A DNA stretch of 64,000 bases from an uncultured delta proteobacterium. Its GTDB lineage: Bacteria; Desulfobacterota; Binatia; Binatales; Binataceae. The DNA is taken from contig CAWCDG010000006.1 in the NCBI GenBank assembly GCA_963794325.1, forward strand, positions 1 through 64,000, read 5' to 3'. This document shows, piece by piece, positions 9,131 through 18,233 of this stretch; position 1 is the stretch's first letter; each line of letters starts with the position of its first letter. Position numbers and translations under genes: made by a program. The notes beneath the pieces were generated by a model, which made no database searches, had not been told where the DNA came from, and saw only the letters and a program-made list of their open reading frames with translations.

Positions 9131-9692
9131 TCTTCCCCTCTCCCGACGGGAGAGGATTTAAGGAGAGGGACCTTATGCAGCGCACGGCTTCGCGCGCGAT
9201 TCAAGATTTTGGTTCTCCGCGTGCCTTGTGTTCCCCACCGGAACTGCAAAATTCCTGGGATCGTGCCTTCGTCAGAAGCATCTTACGAAACCGCGCGCAG
9301 ATTGCGCCGCGAGCAAACTCCTGCCGAGCAGGTCCTCTGGCGTTACCTTCGAGGCAAGCGCATGTGCGCGGTCAAATTTCGCCGCCAACATCCCATCGGC
9401 GCCCACTTCGTCGATTTCTGCTCGCTTCAACGAAAACTGATTATTGAAATCGACGGTGGACAGCACGCCGACCAATCCGCCGAAGACGAGGTTCGCAGCT
9501 CGTTTCTCAAATCGTACGGCTTCCGAGTCCTGCGATTTTGGAATCATCAGGTGGTGCAGAACACCGACGAAGTGCTGGCTGAAATCGAGAAATTCCTGGG
9601 CGCGGATTCTTCAGAATCTTGAATCGCGCGCGATGACGCGCGCAGAGCAAGGTCCCTCTCCTTAAATCCTCTCCCGTCGGGAGAGGGGAAGA
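9131..9692. mobile_element. DUF559 nuclease gene bracketed by 78-bp inverted repeats (9131-9208 / 9615-9692) containing REP-like hairpins
   Basis: Outer 44 bp perfectly inverted, 15 bp partly matching, inner 19 bp perfect; each arm has CCTCTCCC-GAC-GGGAGAGG. No TSD seen; mobility is inferred only. Confidence 0.5.
9209..9622 (+). CDS. DUF559 (Vsr-like, PD-(D/E)xK) endonuclease-domain protein
   Basis: ARRLRREQTPAEQVLW...KFRRQHPIG..VDF...IIEIDGGQH...GFRVLRFWN; start uncertain. Confidence 0.9.
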   Translation: MVLRVPCVPHRNCKIPGIVPSSEASYETARRLRREQTPAEQVLWRYLRGKRMCAVKFRRQHPIGAHFVDFCSLQRKLIIEIDGGQHADQSAEDEVRSSFLKSYGFRVLRFWNHQVVQNTDEVLAEIEKFLGADSSES

Positions 9693-9794
9693 AAATCCGC
9701 GCTATGCTTGCGGGTTGCGAGTGTCGAAAATCGCGGACTCGATCTCGTCGAACCGTCGCTACGTCGGGGACGCGCGGTGTGCGAAAATGTATGT

Positions 9795-10409
9795 ATGAGT
9801 GCGGAAATCGTAAGACTCGTTGAATCGCAAATCCCCGCGGCCGCGGCGACGCTCGCACGCGCGTTCCACGACGATCCGCTGATGGTGTATGCGATTCCCG
9901 ACGCGGCCGAACGCGCGCGGCTGCTGCCCGACATGTACGCAAGGATGATCCGCTTCGGTACGCTCGCGGGCGAAGTCTATGTGACCGCGGGCACCGTCGA
10001 GGGCGTCGCGCTGTGGCTCCCACCGAACGCGAAATGGACGCGTGAGAATATCGAGGCGTCGGGAATGCATGAAACACCGAACCTCATCGGCAACGACGCG
10101 TATCAGCGCTATCGCGAAGTGGTAGGACGCGAATGGCAAGCTCGCGAGCGCGACATGACGACTCCTTGCTGGTACCTGTTCCTGCTCGGCGTCGAGCCGA
10201 GCCGTCAGCGACACGGACTCGGCGGCGCGTTGATGCGTCCGGTGATCGAGCGTGCCGACGCAGAGCAGGTCGCGTGCTATCTCGAAACAGAAAACGAGCG
10301 CAACGTCGCCTTCTATATAAAGGAGGGCTTCGAGACGATCGTCAACGGCGAAGATGTCGGCGCCAGCGGCGTCCGCTTCTGGACTTTCCGCCGCACGCCA
10401 AAACGCTGA
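9795..10409 (+). CDS. GNAT acetyltransferase
   Basis: LARAFHDDP, WYLFLLGVEPSRQRHGLGGALM, YLETENERNVAFY. Confidence 0.9.
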   Translation: MSAEIVRLVESQIPAAAATLARAFHDDPLMVYAIPDAAERARLLPDMYARMIRFGTLAGEVYVTAGTVEGVALWLPPNAKWTRENIEASGMHETPNLIGNDAYQRYREVVGREWQARERDMTTPCWYLFLLGVEPSRQRHGLGGALMRPVIERADAEQVACYLETENERNVAFYIKEGFETIVNGEDVGASGVRFWTFRRTPKR

Positions 10410-10417
10410 ATGCGAAA

Positions 10418-11116
10418 TCAGTTGTGCGACGGGCGTCGCGATTCCATCCGCTCAATAACCTTGCCGAGCCAGAGCCGGTAACGCCGCGTGCTGTCCGCAC
10501 CCGCTCCTAGTCCAATCGCGCGCCGGACGCTCGGCCCGAATAATGAATCGCCGAGCACGAGAATAAAGAGATGCGTGGCCGCGAACATCGTCTCTTCCAA
10601 CTCAGGCAATGGTCGCCCTTCGTTTTGCGCTCGCCGAACCCGGCCGGCGTGCATTCTTTCGGCCGCAGGCTTGAACACGCTCGGCGTCATCGCGCGGTTG
10701 CTCTGGCCGGAAAGAATCAGCCACGCGAGCATCCGCGCAATTCCGCGGCGCGACGCTACTTCGTAAAAACGATCGAGCACACCCTCGATGTCGGGTTCCT
10801 TCGCGCTCGGCCACCCCTCGAGAAATTGCGCCTGAAGCTTTCCGATACCGCGCATGACCATCGCTTCGACAAGACCTTCGCGGCTGCCGAAGTGATGAAG
10901 AATCGCGGGATGCGAGATGCCGGCGTCGGCGGCGATCTCCTGCAGTCGAATCGCCTCGGGTCCCCCGTCGAGGAGCCGGCGCTGCGCAGCTTCCAGGATC
11001 GCAAGCCGAGTCTCCGCGGCGCTTCGACGCCGCCGAACGGCGGTCCGGTCCCGCACTGGAACGGTCGTGGGACGGCTCCTGGAGCTAACGTGCGGTTGTT
11101 GCGGTCTGGCTCGCAT
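10418..11116 (-). CDS. TetR/AcrR transcriptional regulator
   Basis: ILEAAQRRLLDGGPEAIRLQEIAADAGISHPAILHHFGSREGL HTH. Confidence 0.9.
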   Translation of the reverse strand: MRARPQQPHVSSRSRPTTVPVRDRTAVRRRRSAAETRLAILEAAQRRLLDGGPEAIRLQEIAADAGISHPAILHHFGSREGLVEAMVMRGIGKLQAQFLEGWPSAKEPDIEGVLDRFYEVASRRGIARMLAWLILSGQSNRAMTPSVFKPAAERMHAGRVRRAQNEGRPLPELEETMFAATHLFILVLGDSLFGPSVRRAIGLGAGADSTRRYRLWLGKVIERMESRRPSHN

Positions 11117-11903
11117 CGGTTTTGACTCGCGAGGCGCCTGCTCGAGTTGTGACTTCGGCCGATTCGCCGCGATGCTGCCGATAGGTCTGAAGGGTCCATC
11201 GGAACGCCGGATGCGTCGAGAGCGAGTCCCTGATTTTCGCGAGCGGCTCGGGAATTGGAGCCGGAGTCTTGTACGGAAACTCGGGCGGCCGTACCAGCGG
11301 CGAGAGCAACGCCGCCGCAGTAAGATCTGCAACGGTGAAACGATCGCCCACCAGGAAACCTGACGGCTGCAACTCGTGCTCCAATCGATCCATCGCCGCC
11401 ATCGTCTTGCCGCGCGCGACCTCGGCAGTGGCTGGAGTGATGTCCATTTGCCGCCGCATGACCGCGCCGATCAGCGGAGACATCGCGCGCTGTGCGAGTT
11501 GAGCAGCCGCACTAGCGTGTGACACGAAAGCGGCGCGCACAAACTTCGGGTACGGCAGGATGACGTGAAAAATCCAGCGCCGGATATACGGCCCGAGCTC
11601 CTCGTCGAAGAAGTCTTCGAGTTCGAGGGCCCGTCGGCGGTCGTCGGGATCGGAGGGATAAAGCGCGGGCTCGGGATACGCGTGCTCGAGCGCTTCGATG
11701 ATCTTGCTCGAATCGGAGATCGCGTTGCCGTTGAGCTTCAGCACCGGGACGTGCGTCTTGCCGGTCATCCGCTTGACGACGGGGACGTGGAACCCGGGAA
11801 TCAGCGAGTGGCGAATATGCGCCACATGCTTGAAGTCCAACGCCCAGCGCGCCTTCTCGTTGAAGTGAGAGCTCGTGAACTGCCACAACTCGGGAGTGTC
11901 CAT
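11085..11903 (-). CDS. Glutathione S-transferase family protein
   Basis: SHFNEKARWALDFK, VPVL, DSSKII, FLVGDRFTVADLTAA. Confidence 0.9.
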   Translation of the reverse strand: MDTPELWQFTSSHFNEKARWALDFKHVAHIRHSLIPGFHVPVVKRMTGKTHVPVLKLNGNAISDSSKIIEALEHAYPEPALYPSDPDDRRRALELEDFFDEELGPYIRRWIFHVILPYPKFVRAAFVSHASAAAQLAQRAMSPLIGAVMRRQMDITPATAEVARGKTMAAMDRLEHELQPSGFLVGDRFTVADLTAAALLSPLVRPPEFPYKTPAPIPEPLAKIRDSLSTHPAFRWTLQTYRQHRGESAEVTTRAGASRVKTDASQTATTAR

Positions 11904-11941
11904 CAGGGTGACTCCTTCTTCGGATTCTGACGCAGCGATTA

Positions 11942-11978
11942 CTTACAATTTTGTAAGCCACTTCGCGCACACTGTCAA
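11942..11978 (-). promoter_or_regulatory. Sigma70 promoter overlapped by a palindromic operator (probable TetR site) for GST-tetR
   Basis: Minus strand TTGACA-N17-TACAAA; 7-2-7 inverted repeat CTTACAA-TT-TTGTAAG at 11942-11957. Confidence 0.6.
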
Positions 11979-12028
11979 CGCTTTCGCAAACCGACTGGGC
12001 GCGGTAGAACGGTCGAAGGAGCAATCGC

Positions 12029-13075
12029 ATGGCGAATCAGAGCGGCCTCGGCGTCGTCGAAGTAAGACGTTTCTCGACCAGGAACTTCCGTCTTGAAAAC
12101 GGCGAGGTCCTGCCCGAACTGCAGCTCACCTACGAAACCTACGGAACTCTCGCGCCCAACGGGCGCAACGCGATCCTCGTCACCCATGGCTACACGTCGA
12201 GCCAGCATGCGGCGGGACTCGACGCGAATCGCGAGCCTGGATGGTGGGACGGACTGATCGGGCCGGGTAAGGCGATCGATACCGACAAATATTTCGTGGT
12301 GTCATCGAACATGATCGGCTCGTCGTATGGATCGACCGCGCCTGCGAGCATCAATCCGAAAACCGGGATGCGCTACGGTCCGGATTTTCCCGACTACAGC
12401 CTGGTCGACATCGTTACGGCGCAGCGAGTCCTGCTGGACGCGATCGGTGTGAAGCATCTGGTCGCGGTCGCGGGTATATCCTTCGGCGGTTACCAGGTAT
12501 TTCAATGGGGCGTCACGTTTCCTGACGCGATGGCTGGAATCGTCCCGGTCGTCACTGCGCCAAGTGCAACCGACGGCGACCGAATGGTCGCGGATTTGCG
12601 CGCGCGGTTTGCCGAGGCGCCTGGATGGAACGGCGGTCGTCATTACGGCAATGCGGAGATGATCGGTTTCATGACGGAACTGCGCGTCGCGACGCTAAAG
12701 CGCTACGGAATCGAGGCTCAGCTCGCGCCGAGGTTTCCCGATCCGGCAAAGCGCGAGGCCGCGATCCAGCAGCTCGCGGAACCGTGGGCGAAGGCCTTCG
12801 ATCCCAATTCGATGATTGCGCTGGCGCGAGCGCGCTCGCATTACAACGCCGAGAAGGATTTCGCGAAGATTCGTGCGAAGGTGCTCTACGTGCTGTCGCG
12901 CACCGACAAACTGTTCCCAGTGAGCATCGCGCCCGGTGTGATGGCGAAACTGAAGGCCGCGGGCGTCGATGCGACCTACTTCGAGATCGACAGCGACAAG
13001 GGTCATCTCGCCAGCGGCGCCGACTCGCAGAAGTGGGATCGCGTGCTGCGCGATTTTCTTAAACGTCTGGAGTGA
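12029..13075 (+). CDS. Alpha/beta hydrolase of the homoserine O-acetyltransferase (MetX-like) family
   Basis: YETYGTL, NAILVTHG, GWWDGLIGPGKAIDTDKYFVV, GISFGG nucleophile elbow, D..FP, GH. Confidence 0.8.
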   Translation: MANQSGLGVVEVRRFSTRNFRLENGEVLPELQLTYETYGTLAPNGRNAILVTHGYTSSQHAAGLDANREPGWWDGLIGPGKAIDTDKYFVVSSNMIGSSYGSTAPASINPKTGMRYGPDFPDYSLVDIVTAQRVLLDAIGVKHLVAVAGISFGGYQVFQWGVTFPDAMAGIVPVVTAPSATDGDRMVADLRARFAEAPGWNGGRHYGNAEMIGFMTELRVATLKRYGIEAQLAPRFPDPAKREAAIQQLAEPWAKAFDPNSMIALARARSHYNAEKDFAKIRAKVLYVLSRTDKLFPVSIAPGVMAKLKAAGVDATYFEIDSDKGHLASGADSQKWDRVLRDFLKRLE

Positions 13076-13082
13076 AGCGCAG

Positions 13083-14078
13083 TTGACGAACTCCATCGAA
13101 AGCCTCCCGATCGTCGATATCGCGTCGCGCGACATCGCTCGCATCGGCGCGGCGCTCGACCGGGCGTGCTGCGAGTTCGGATTTTTCTACGTAACCGGAC
13201 ACAACATCTCCCCTGCCCTATCGGCGCGGATGATGACGCTCGCGCGCGAGTTCTTCGCGTCGCCGCTGAACGAGAAGATGGCGATAGCGATGGCGCATGG
13301 CGGGCGCGCTTGGCGCGGCTATTTTCCCGTGGACGGCGAGTTGACCTCGGGCCGGCCCGATCGCAAGGAAGGAATCTACTTCGGCACTGAGTTGGGAGCG
13401 GACGACCCGCGCGTGCGAGCGGGATTGCCGCTGCACGGTGCGAATCTGTTTCCCGCGTTGCCCGGATTCCGCGAGACCTTGCTCGCCCATATAGATGAGG
13501 TCACCGCAGTAGGCCAAATGTTGCTGCGTGGAATTGCCGCGGGACTCGGTCTTGCGCCGGACTACTTCCTCGATCGCTATACAAGCGACCCGACCGTGCT
13601 CTTCCGCATCTTCAACTATCCGCCCTCGACACTCGGCGCAGATGAAAACGAACTTGGGGTTGGCGAGCATACGGACTACGGACTGCTGACCCTGCTGCAA
13701 CAGGACGAAGTCGGCGGTCTCCAGGTTTGGCATCGCGATCAATGGTTGCCCGCGCCGCCGCTGCCCGATTCGTTGGTTTGCAATATCGGCGATATGCTCG
13801 AGCGCTTGACGGCCGGCCGCTACGTATCGGCCCTGCATCGAGTGCGCAACGTTTCGACGCGAGATCGCATCTCGATGCCGCTGTTCCTCGATCCGGGCTT
13901 CGACGCGGTGCTGGAACCGATCAAGGTTCTCGCGCCAGATCCCACTGCCATCAGGCGGCGACGCGGCGGACGTCGATGGGATGGCGGCGACCTGGCCACT
14001 GTCAGCGGAAACTACGGCGACTACCTGCTGACCAAGGTTTCAAAAGTGTTTCCGCAACTAAGAGCGAAAGTGCTTTAA
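13083..14078 (+). CDS. 2OG-Fe(II) oxygenase, isopenicillin N synthase family
   Basis: ACCEFGFFYVTGH, HTDYGLLTLL (HxD), NIGDML, HRV, RISMPLF. Confidence 0.9.
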   Translation: MTNSIESLPIVDIASRDIARIGAALDRACCEFGFFYVTGHNISPALSARMMTLAREFFASPLNEKMAIAMAHGGRAWRGYFPVDGELTSGRPDRKEGIYFGTELGADDPRVRAGLPLHGANLFPALPGFRETLLAHIDEVTAVGQMLLRGIAAGLGLAPDYFLDRYTSDPTVLFRIFNYPPSTLGADENELGVGEHTDYGLLTLLQQDEVGGLQVWHRDQWLPAPPLPDSLVCNIGDMLERLTAGRYVSALHRVRNVSTRDRISMPLFLDPGFDAVLEPIKVLAPDPTAIRRRRGGRRWDGGDLATVSGNYGDYLLTKVSKVFPQLRAKVL

Positions 14079-14102
14079 CGATTGGACGCAAAGGAGAGTG
14101 CT

Positions 14103-14324
14103 ATGCCGGATAAGACTTACAAGATAATCGAAGTGGTCGGGGTGTCCGACGACAGCGTCCAGCAGGCGGTGCGCAACGCAATAATCACGGCACGCCGGAC
14201 GATCCGGAATATCGACTGGTTCGAGGTTGGAAAGATTCGTGGCTCGGTGGACAAGAAAGGCAATCCGACGTTCCAGGTGGAAGTGCGGATCGGATTTCGC
14301 CTCGAAGGTAAGGCGGTGGTTTGA
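14103..14324 (+). CDS. Dodecin (flavin-binding)
   Basis: TYKIIEVVGVS..SVQQAVRNAI..A..TIRNIDWFEV..IRG...FQV..IGFRL. Confidence 0.9.
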   Translation: MPDKTYKIIEVVGVSDDSVQQAVRNAIITARRTIRNIDWFEVGKIRGSVDKKGNPTFQVEVRIGFRLEGKAVV

Positions 14325-14382
14325 GGATACCCGCAGTCGGGGTGACACAAATGACTGAGGGGGGCAGGACCGGCATCATGAA

Positions 14383-14697
14383 ATGAAAATCGCGAGAACG
14401 GTCCTGTTGATTTGCGCGCTGGTTGGGTCGCTTGGGATCCCGATATTCTTTTTAGCGGTCCGGCACTTTCATTTGGAGGGGGAGACTGCGGAATGGATGG
14501 TTTCGTTGTGGCCGCAATCTTTGTGGGAGGTCGCGATTGAGGATCGGAGGGCGGCGGCGGACATGCTGGTCACTTACGGGGTGTTGGCAGGACAGAGCAT
14601 GCTCATATGCACCGCGATTGCATGGTGCGGCGCTTTTCTTTTTTCGAGGATTTATAAAGGCGCAGCGGCGCGCACGCGCGAAGAACCTAACCCCTAA
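14383..14697 (+). CDS. Hypothetical membrane protein
   Basis: 104-aa ORF with two hydrophobic segments; its stop codon lies inside the REP-like repeat. Confidence 0.5.
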   Translation: MKIARTVLLICALVGSLGIPIFFLAVRHFHLEGETAEWMVSLWPQSLWEVAIEDRRAAADMLVTYGVLAGQSMLICTAIAWCGAFLFSRIYKGAAARTREEPNP

Positions 14698-14726
14698 CCC
14701 CTTCCCGCGCGGGAAGGGGAACCGGA
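14684..14726. repeat. REP-like repeat AACCTAACCCCTAACCCCTTCCC-N4-GGGAAGGGGAACCGGA
   Basis: Near-identical copies at 20526, 21569 and 30978. Confidence 0.85.
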
Positions 14727-14752
14727 CGTTAGGCTCCTCGCCTCCCGCCTAT

Positions 14753-14810
14753 TTGACAGTTTTTGGCGATCGCGCTATGAAGTTGAGTTCAGAATATGAA
14801 TCTTCATTCA
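14753..14810 (+). promoter_or_regulatory. Sigma70 promoter plus candidate operator of the tetR-LLM-hydrolase operon
   Basis: TTGACA-N17-TATGAA; TGAAT-N4-ATTCA palindrome at 14797-14810. Confidence 0.5.
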
Positions 14811-14821
14811 GTGCGCACCAA

Positions 14822-15559
14822 ATGAGCGTTCAGGAGCGGCATCGGCGGGAGCGGCATGCGCGCGGGCAGTCGATTTTGAGCGCGGCTGCCAAAGTTTTCG
14901 CCAGGCACGGACTCGAAGGCGCGACTATCGAAATGGTTGCGCGCGAGGCCGAAGTTGCGGTCGGGACGATCTACCTCTACTACTCTTCGCGCGACGATCT
15001 TTATCTGAATCTTATCGCCGACCGCGCTGTACATTTGCGCGCCCGCTATCTCGAGATTTTCGAGCGCCGGCTCGAGCCGCTCGACGAGCTTAAGGCGATC
15101 GCATCCGCGTATCTGGACCATCTGCTGGAATCGCGCGAGATCTCCCTGTCGCAGCATTCGGTGGTTTTTTCGCAACTCCACCAGCGCCTGAAACGCAATT
15201 CTGAAAAACGCAATTTTCAGCGCGTGATGGATTTGAGCCATGAGATTTTCGGGCTGTGGGAAGGCACTATCCGGCGCGCGTTCGAAGGCGGTGTGATCGC
15301 GAACTCGATGGGTCCGCGGAAGACGGCCGCGGTGGTGTGGGCGAGCATGAATGGCGCGTTCATGCTGATGGGCGACGGGAATTTCTTTCGCGACGTGACG
15401 GGGCTCAATCCTGAGCATTTTGTCGATGAGGCGCTCGAGTCGCATCTGGCGGCGTCGCAACTGACTGCGCATAGAAATGGAAAGCGTCGAACGGCACTTT
15501 CCCGAAGAAGCAAACGCTCAAACTCTGAAGAGGCAGCCGTCCAGCCACTCGCGCAGTAG
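14822..15559 (+). CDS. TetR/AcrR transcriptional regulator
   Basis: ILSAAAKVFARHGLEGATIEMVAREAEVAVGTIYLYYSSRDDL. Confidence 0.9.
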   Translation: MSVQERHRRERHARGQSILSAAAKVFARHGLEGATIEMVAREAEVAVGTIYLYYSSRDDLYLNLIADRAVHLRARYLEIFERRLEPLDELKAIASAYLDHLLESREISLSQHSVVFSQLHQRLKRNSEKRNFQRVMDLSHEIFGLWEGTIRRAFEGGVIANSMGPRKTAAVVWASMNGAFMLMGDGNFFRDVTGLNPEHFVDEALESHLAASQLTAHRNGKRRTALSRRSKRSNSEEAAVQPLAQ

Positions 15560-15595
15560 CGACGTGCCTCGGATGAGCGCAAAGGAGAACGAATT

Positions 15596-16900
15596 ATGAA
15601 ATTTACCTGGTTCCATCTCATGCCGTATCGGTTCCTGCCGGAAGACTTCAAGGAGAAGTATCACAGCGTGTGGGTCGATATTCCGCGCGATTTGTACGAT
15701 CCCAAACTTGGGCATCGGCTCTACAATGACTATCTCGATCAGCTCGAATACGCCGACTCGATGGGCTTCGACGGGCTGGGCGTCAACGAGCATCATCAGA
15801 ACGCCTACGGGCTCATGCCGTCGCCGAATATCATGGCGGCGGCGCTCACCCGGCGCACGCGCAACGCCAACCTGGTCGTGCTCGGCAATTCGATCGCGCT
15901 CTACAATCCGCCGATTCGCGTCGCTGAAGAGTTCGCGATGCTCGACGTGATTTCGGGCGGGCGGCTGATTGCGGGCTTCCCGGTCGGGACCTCGATGGAT
16001 ACCAACTTCTGCTACGGCGAAGTTCCCGCGACGATTCGCGAGAAGTATTACGAGGCGCACGATCTGATTATCAAGGCGTGGGAAGCGAAGGACGTGTTCT
16101 CGTTCAACGGCAAGTACACCAAGCTGCGTTACGTGAATCTGTGGCCGAAGCCGTTGCAGCAGCCGCATCCACCGATTTGGATTCCCGGCGGCGGATCGGT
16201 CGAGACTTACGACTTCTGCGCCGACCACGATTACCAGTACAGCTTCCTTTCCTACTTCGGGTATATCGCGGGCAAGAAGGTGTCCGACGGCTATTGGGAA
16301 GTGATGGCCAAGAAGGGCAAGGAGCTGAATCCTTACAGCCTCGGATTCGCGCAGGTGGTCGCGGTGTCGGAGACCGACGAGCAGGCGGAGAAGGATTACG
16401 CGCCGCACATGGACTACTTCTACAATCGATGCCTGCACGTTTATAACGGCTTCGCCGACGCGCCGGGCTATCGCACGGTGAAGACGATCAAAGCCGGAAT
16501 CCTCGGGCAGGTCGGCGATCAGGCGGCGATGCGTCGCGAGGGTCTCAAGTGGAAGGACTTCCTCGATCAGGGTTACGTGATCGCGGGATCGCCCAAGACG
16601 GTGCGCGAGCGTCTCCGCGAGGCGATGAAGTCGCTCAACTGCGGGCATCTGATGATCCTGCAGCAGATCGGATCGATGCCGCCGGAGCTGGTGCGCAAGA
16701 GCACCAATCTGTTCGCGACGGAAGTCATGCCGCACATGCGCGACCTATGGAGCAACTTCGAGGACAAGTGGTCGCCAAAGCGTGACCTGCCGCAAGCGGA
16801 TTTCGCGAAGCCGGCGCCGGTCCATTTCCAGAAGGCCGAAACCAACGGCACGGTGCGCGCGAGTGCGTCGGCCTCGGCGGAGGCGCGGAGCGCGAAATGA
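15596..16900 (+). CDS. LLM-class (luciferase-like) flavin-dependent monooxygenase
   Basis: GFDGLGVNEHH, PIRVAEEFAMLDVISGGRLIAG, PKPLQQPHPPIW. Confidence 0.9.
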   Translation: MKFTWFHLMPYRFLPEDFKEKYHSVWVDIPRDLYDPKLGHRLYNDYLDQLEYADSMGFDGLGVNEHHQNAYGLMPSPNIMAAALTRRTRNANLVVLGNSIALYNPPIRVAEEFAMLDVISGGRLIAGFPVGTSMDTNFCYGEVPATIREKYYEAHDLIIKAWEAKDVFSFNGKYTKLRYVNLWPKPLQQPHPPIWIPGGGSVETYDFCADHDYQYSFLSYFGYIAGKKVSDGYWEVMAKKGKELNPYSLGFAQVVAVSETDEQAEKDYAPHMDYFYNRCLHVYNGFADAPGYRTVKTIKAGILGQVGDQAAMRREGLKWKDFLDQGYVIAGSPKTVRERLREAMKSLNCGHLMILQQIGSMPPELVRKSTNLFATEVMPHMRDLWSNFEDKWSPKRDLPQADFAKPAPVHFQKAETNGTVRASASASAEARSAK

Positions 16901-17682
16901 TTACCACGCAGAAACTTCTCAACGGAAAGTTCTCGCTCGAGATGCATACGTTCGGGAGCAGCGGCGAGCCGCTCCTGTTTATCCACGGCGCCGGCGGGCT
17001 GATGCCGGTCGAGCCGTACCTCGAGGAGCTGGGCAAGACCTTCAAAGTGTACGCGCCGCATTTCCCGGGCTACGGCGATTCGACGGGCAACGAGTATATA
17101 GATGATATCGGCGACGCCGTCTGCTTCTTTCATGAGCTGATGGACGAGCTCGGGATCCCGACTGCGAATATCGTCGGCCATTCGATGGGCGGGATGCTTG
17201 CGGCTGAAGTCGCGGCGTTTGATGTGCATCGCGCAAAGAAGCTCGTGCTGATAGCGCCGGCCGGTTTCTGGATCGACGAGGTACCGATCCCCGACTTATT
17301 CGCTGCGCAGCTGACCGAGATCGCGCCGTTGCTGTTCCACGATCCCAACTCGCCGGCGGCGCAGATGATGACCGCGATACCGACGGACTTCAAAGCGCTC
17401 GAGACGATGTACGTCGAGCGCGTGAAGCGGTTCGCGACGGCCAGCAAGTTCCTGTGGCCGATTCCCGACCGCGGCCTCAAGAAGCGCGCGTACCGGATTC
17501 AAGCACCGACGCTGCTCCTGTGGGGCGACGACGACAAGCTGATCCCGCCGGTCTATGCGAAGGAGTTCACGAGCAGAATCAAGAACTGCAAGCTCGAGCT
17601 GATCAAGAATGCGGGTCACATGGTGATGTACGAGCAGCAGGAGGCGCTGGTCGGCGCGATTCGGAAGTTCCTGAAAGGCTGA
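16897..17682 (+). CDS. Alpha/beta hydrolase
   Basis: LFIHGAGG, GHSMGG, WGDDD, AGH; ATGA overlap with the LLM gene. Confidence 0.9.
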   Translation: MITTQKLLNGKFSLEMHTFGSSGEPLLFIHGAGGLMPVEPYLEELGKTFKVYAPHFPGYGDSTGNEYIDDIGDAVCFFHELMDELGIPTANIVGHSMGGMLAAEVAAFDVHRAKKLVLIAPAGFWIDEVPIPDLFAAQLTEIAPLLFHDPNSPAAQMMTAIPTDFKALETMYVERVKRFATASKFLWPIPDRGLKKRAYRIQAPTLLLWGDDDKLIPPVYAKEFTSRIKNCKLELIKNAGHMVMYEQQEALVGAIRKFLKG

Positions 17683-17706
17683 CGACCATCTCAAACGATC
17701 GAACGG

Positions 17707-17742
17707 CGGCCGGAGCATCGATGCTCCGGCCGTTTCCTTTTT
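17707..17742 (+). terminator. Intrinsic terminator
   Basis: CGGCCGGAGCAT/ATGCTCCGGCCG stem followed by TTTCCTTTTT. Confidence 0.75.
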
Positions 17743-17784
17743 CACGGCTTGAATCTGAATGCGCACGCGACTAGTTTCCGGCGC

Positions 17785-18201
17785 ATGGCAAATGAAAAAG
17801 CTCGCCGTGGATGGTTCCTCACCGTGATGACGGTGCTGTTCGTCGTACTCGCGCTTTCTGATTTCACCAAGGCGCTCCAGTTTCTAGGCAATCCAGCCGT
17901 CGGCGGCATCGTGGTCTTCGGCCACAAGTTTCACGGCGTCGCGCGCAACCTGATCCTCGGACCAATCTTCGGAATCGTATTTCTGATCTACGCCTACGGC
18001 ATCTGGAACCTGCGCGCGTGGATCCTTCCGCTCGCGTTCGTCTATGCGTTCTACGTGCCCTACAACCTCGTGCTGTTCTGGTACGTGCAAGCACCCGGGC
18101 CGCGCCCGATTCCGTTCATCGTCGGCTACCTGGCGATCGCGCTCGTCGGTTCGATCGGCACCGCAATCTATCTCGCCTACCATCGCGAGCGGCTCAGCTG
18201 A
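17785..18201 (+). CDS. Hypothetical four-TM membrane protein
   Basis: Four hydrophobic segments. Confidence 0.7.
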   Translation: MANEKARRGWFLTVMTVLFVVLALSDFTKALQFLGNPAVGGIVVFGHKFHGVARNLILGPIFGIVFLIYAYGIWNLRAWILPLAFVYAFYVPYNLVLFWYVQAPGPRPIPFIVGYLAIALVGSIGTAIYLAYHRERLS

Positions 18202-18233
18202 AGAAAATCAACTCGCGAGATCGATGGATCGGC

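Noticed and set aside
12029-14078. Cephalosporin-type pair (CefG-like acetyltransferase plus IPNS-like oxygenase)
   Set aside because: Both families are broad, and no ACV synthetase or other beta-lactam genes are in the window.
14357-14367. GAGGGGGGCA as a target of the C-loop sRNA
   Set aside because: A 9-10 nt GC-rich match is expected by chance in a window of this size.
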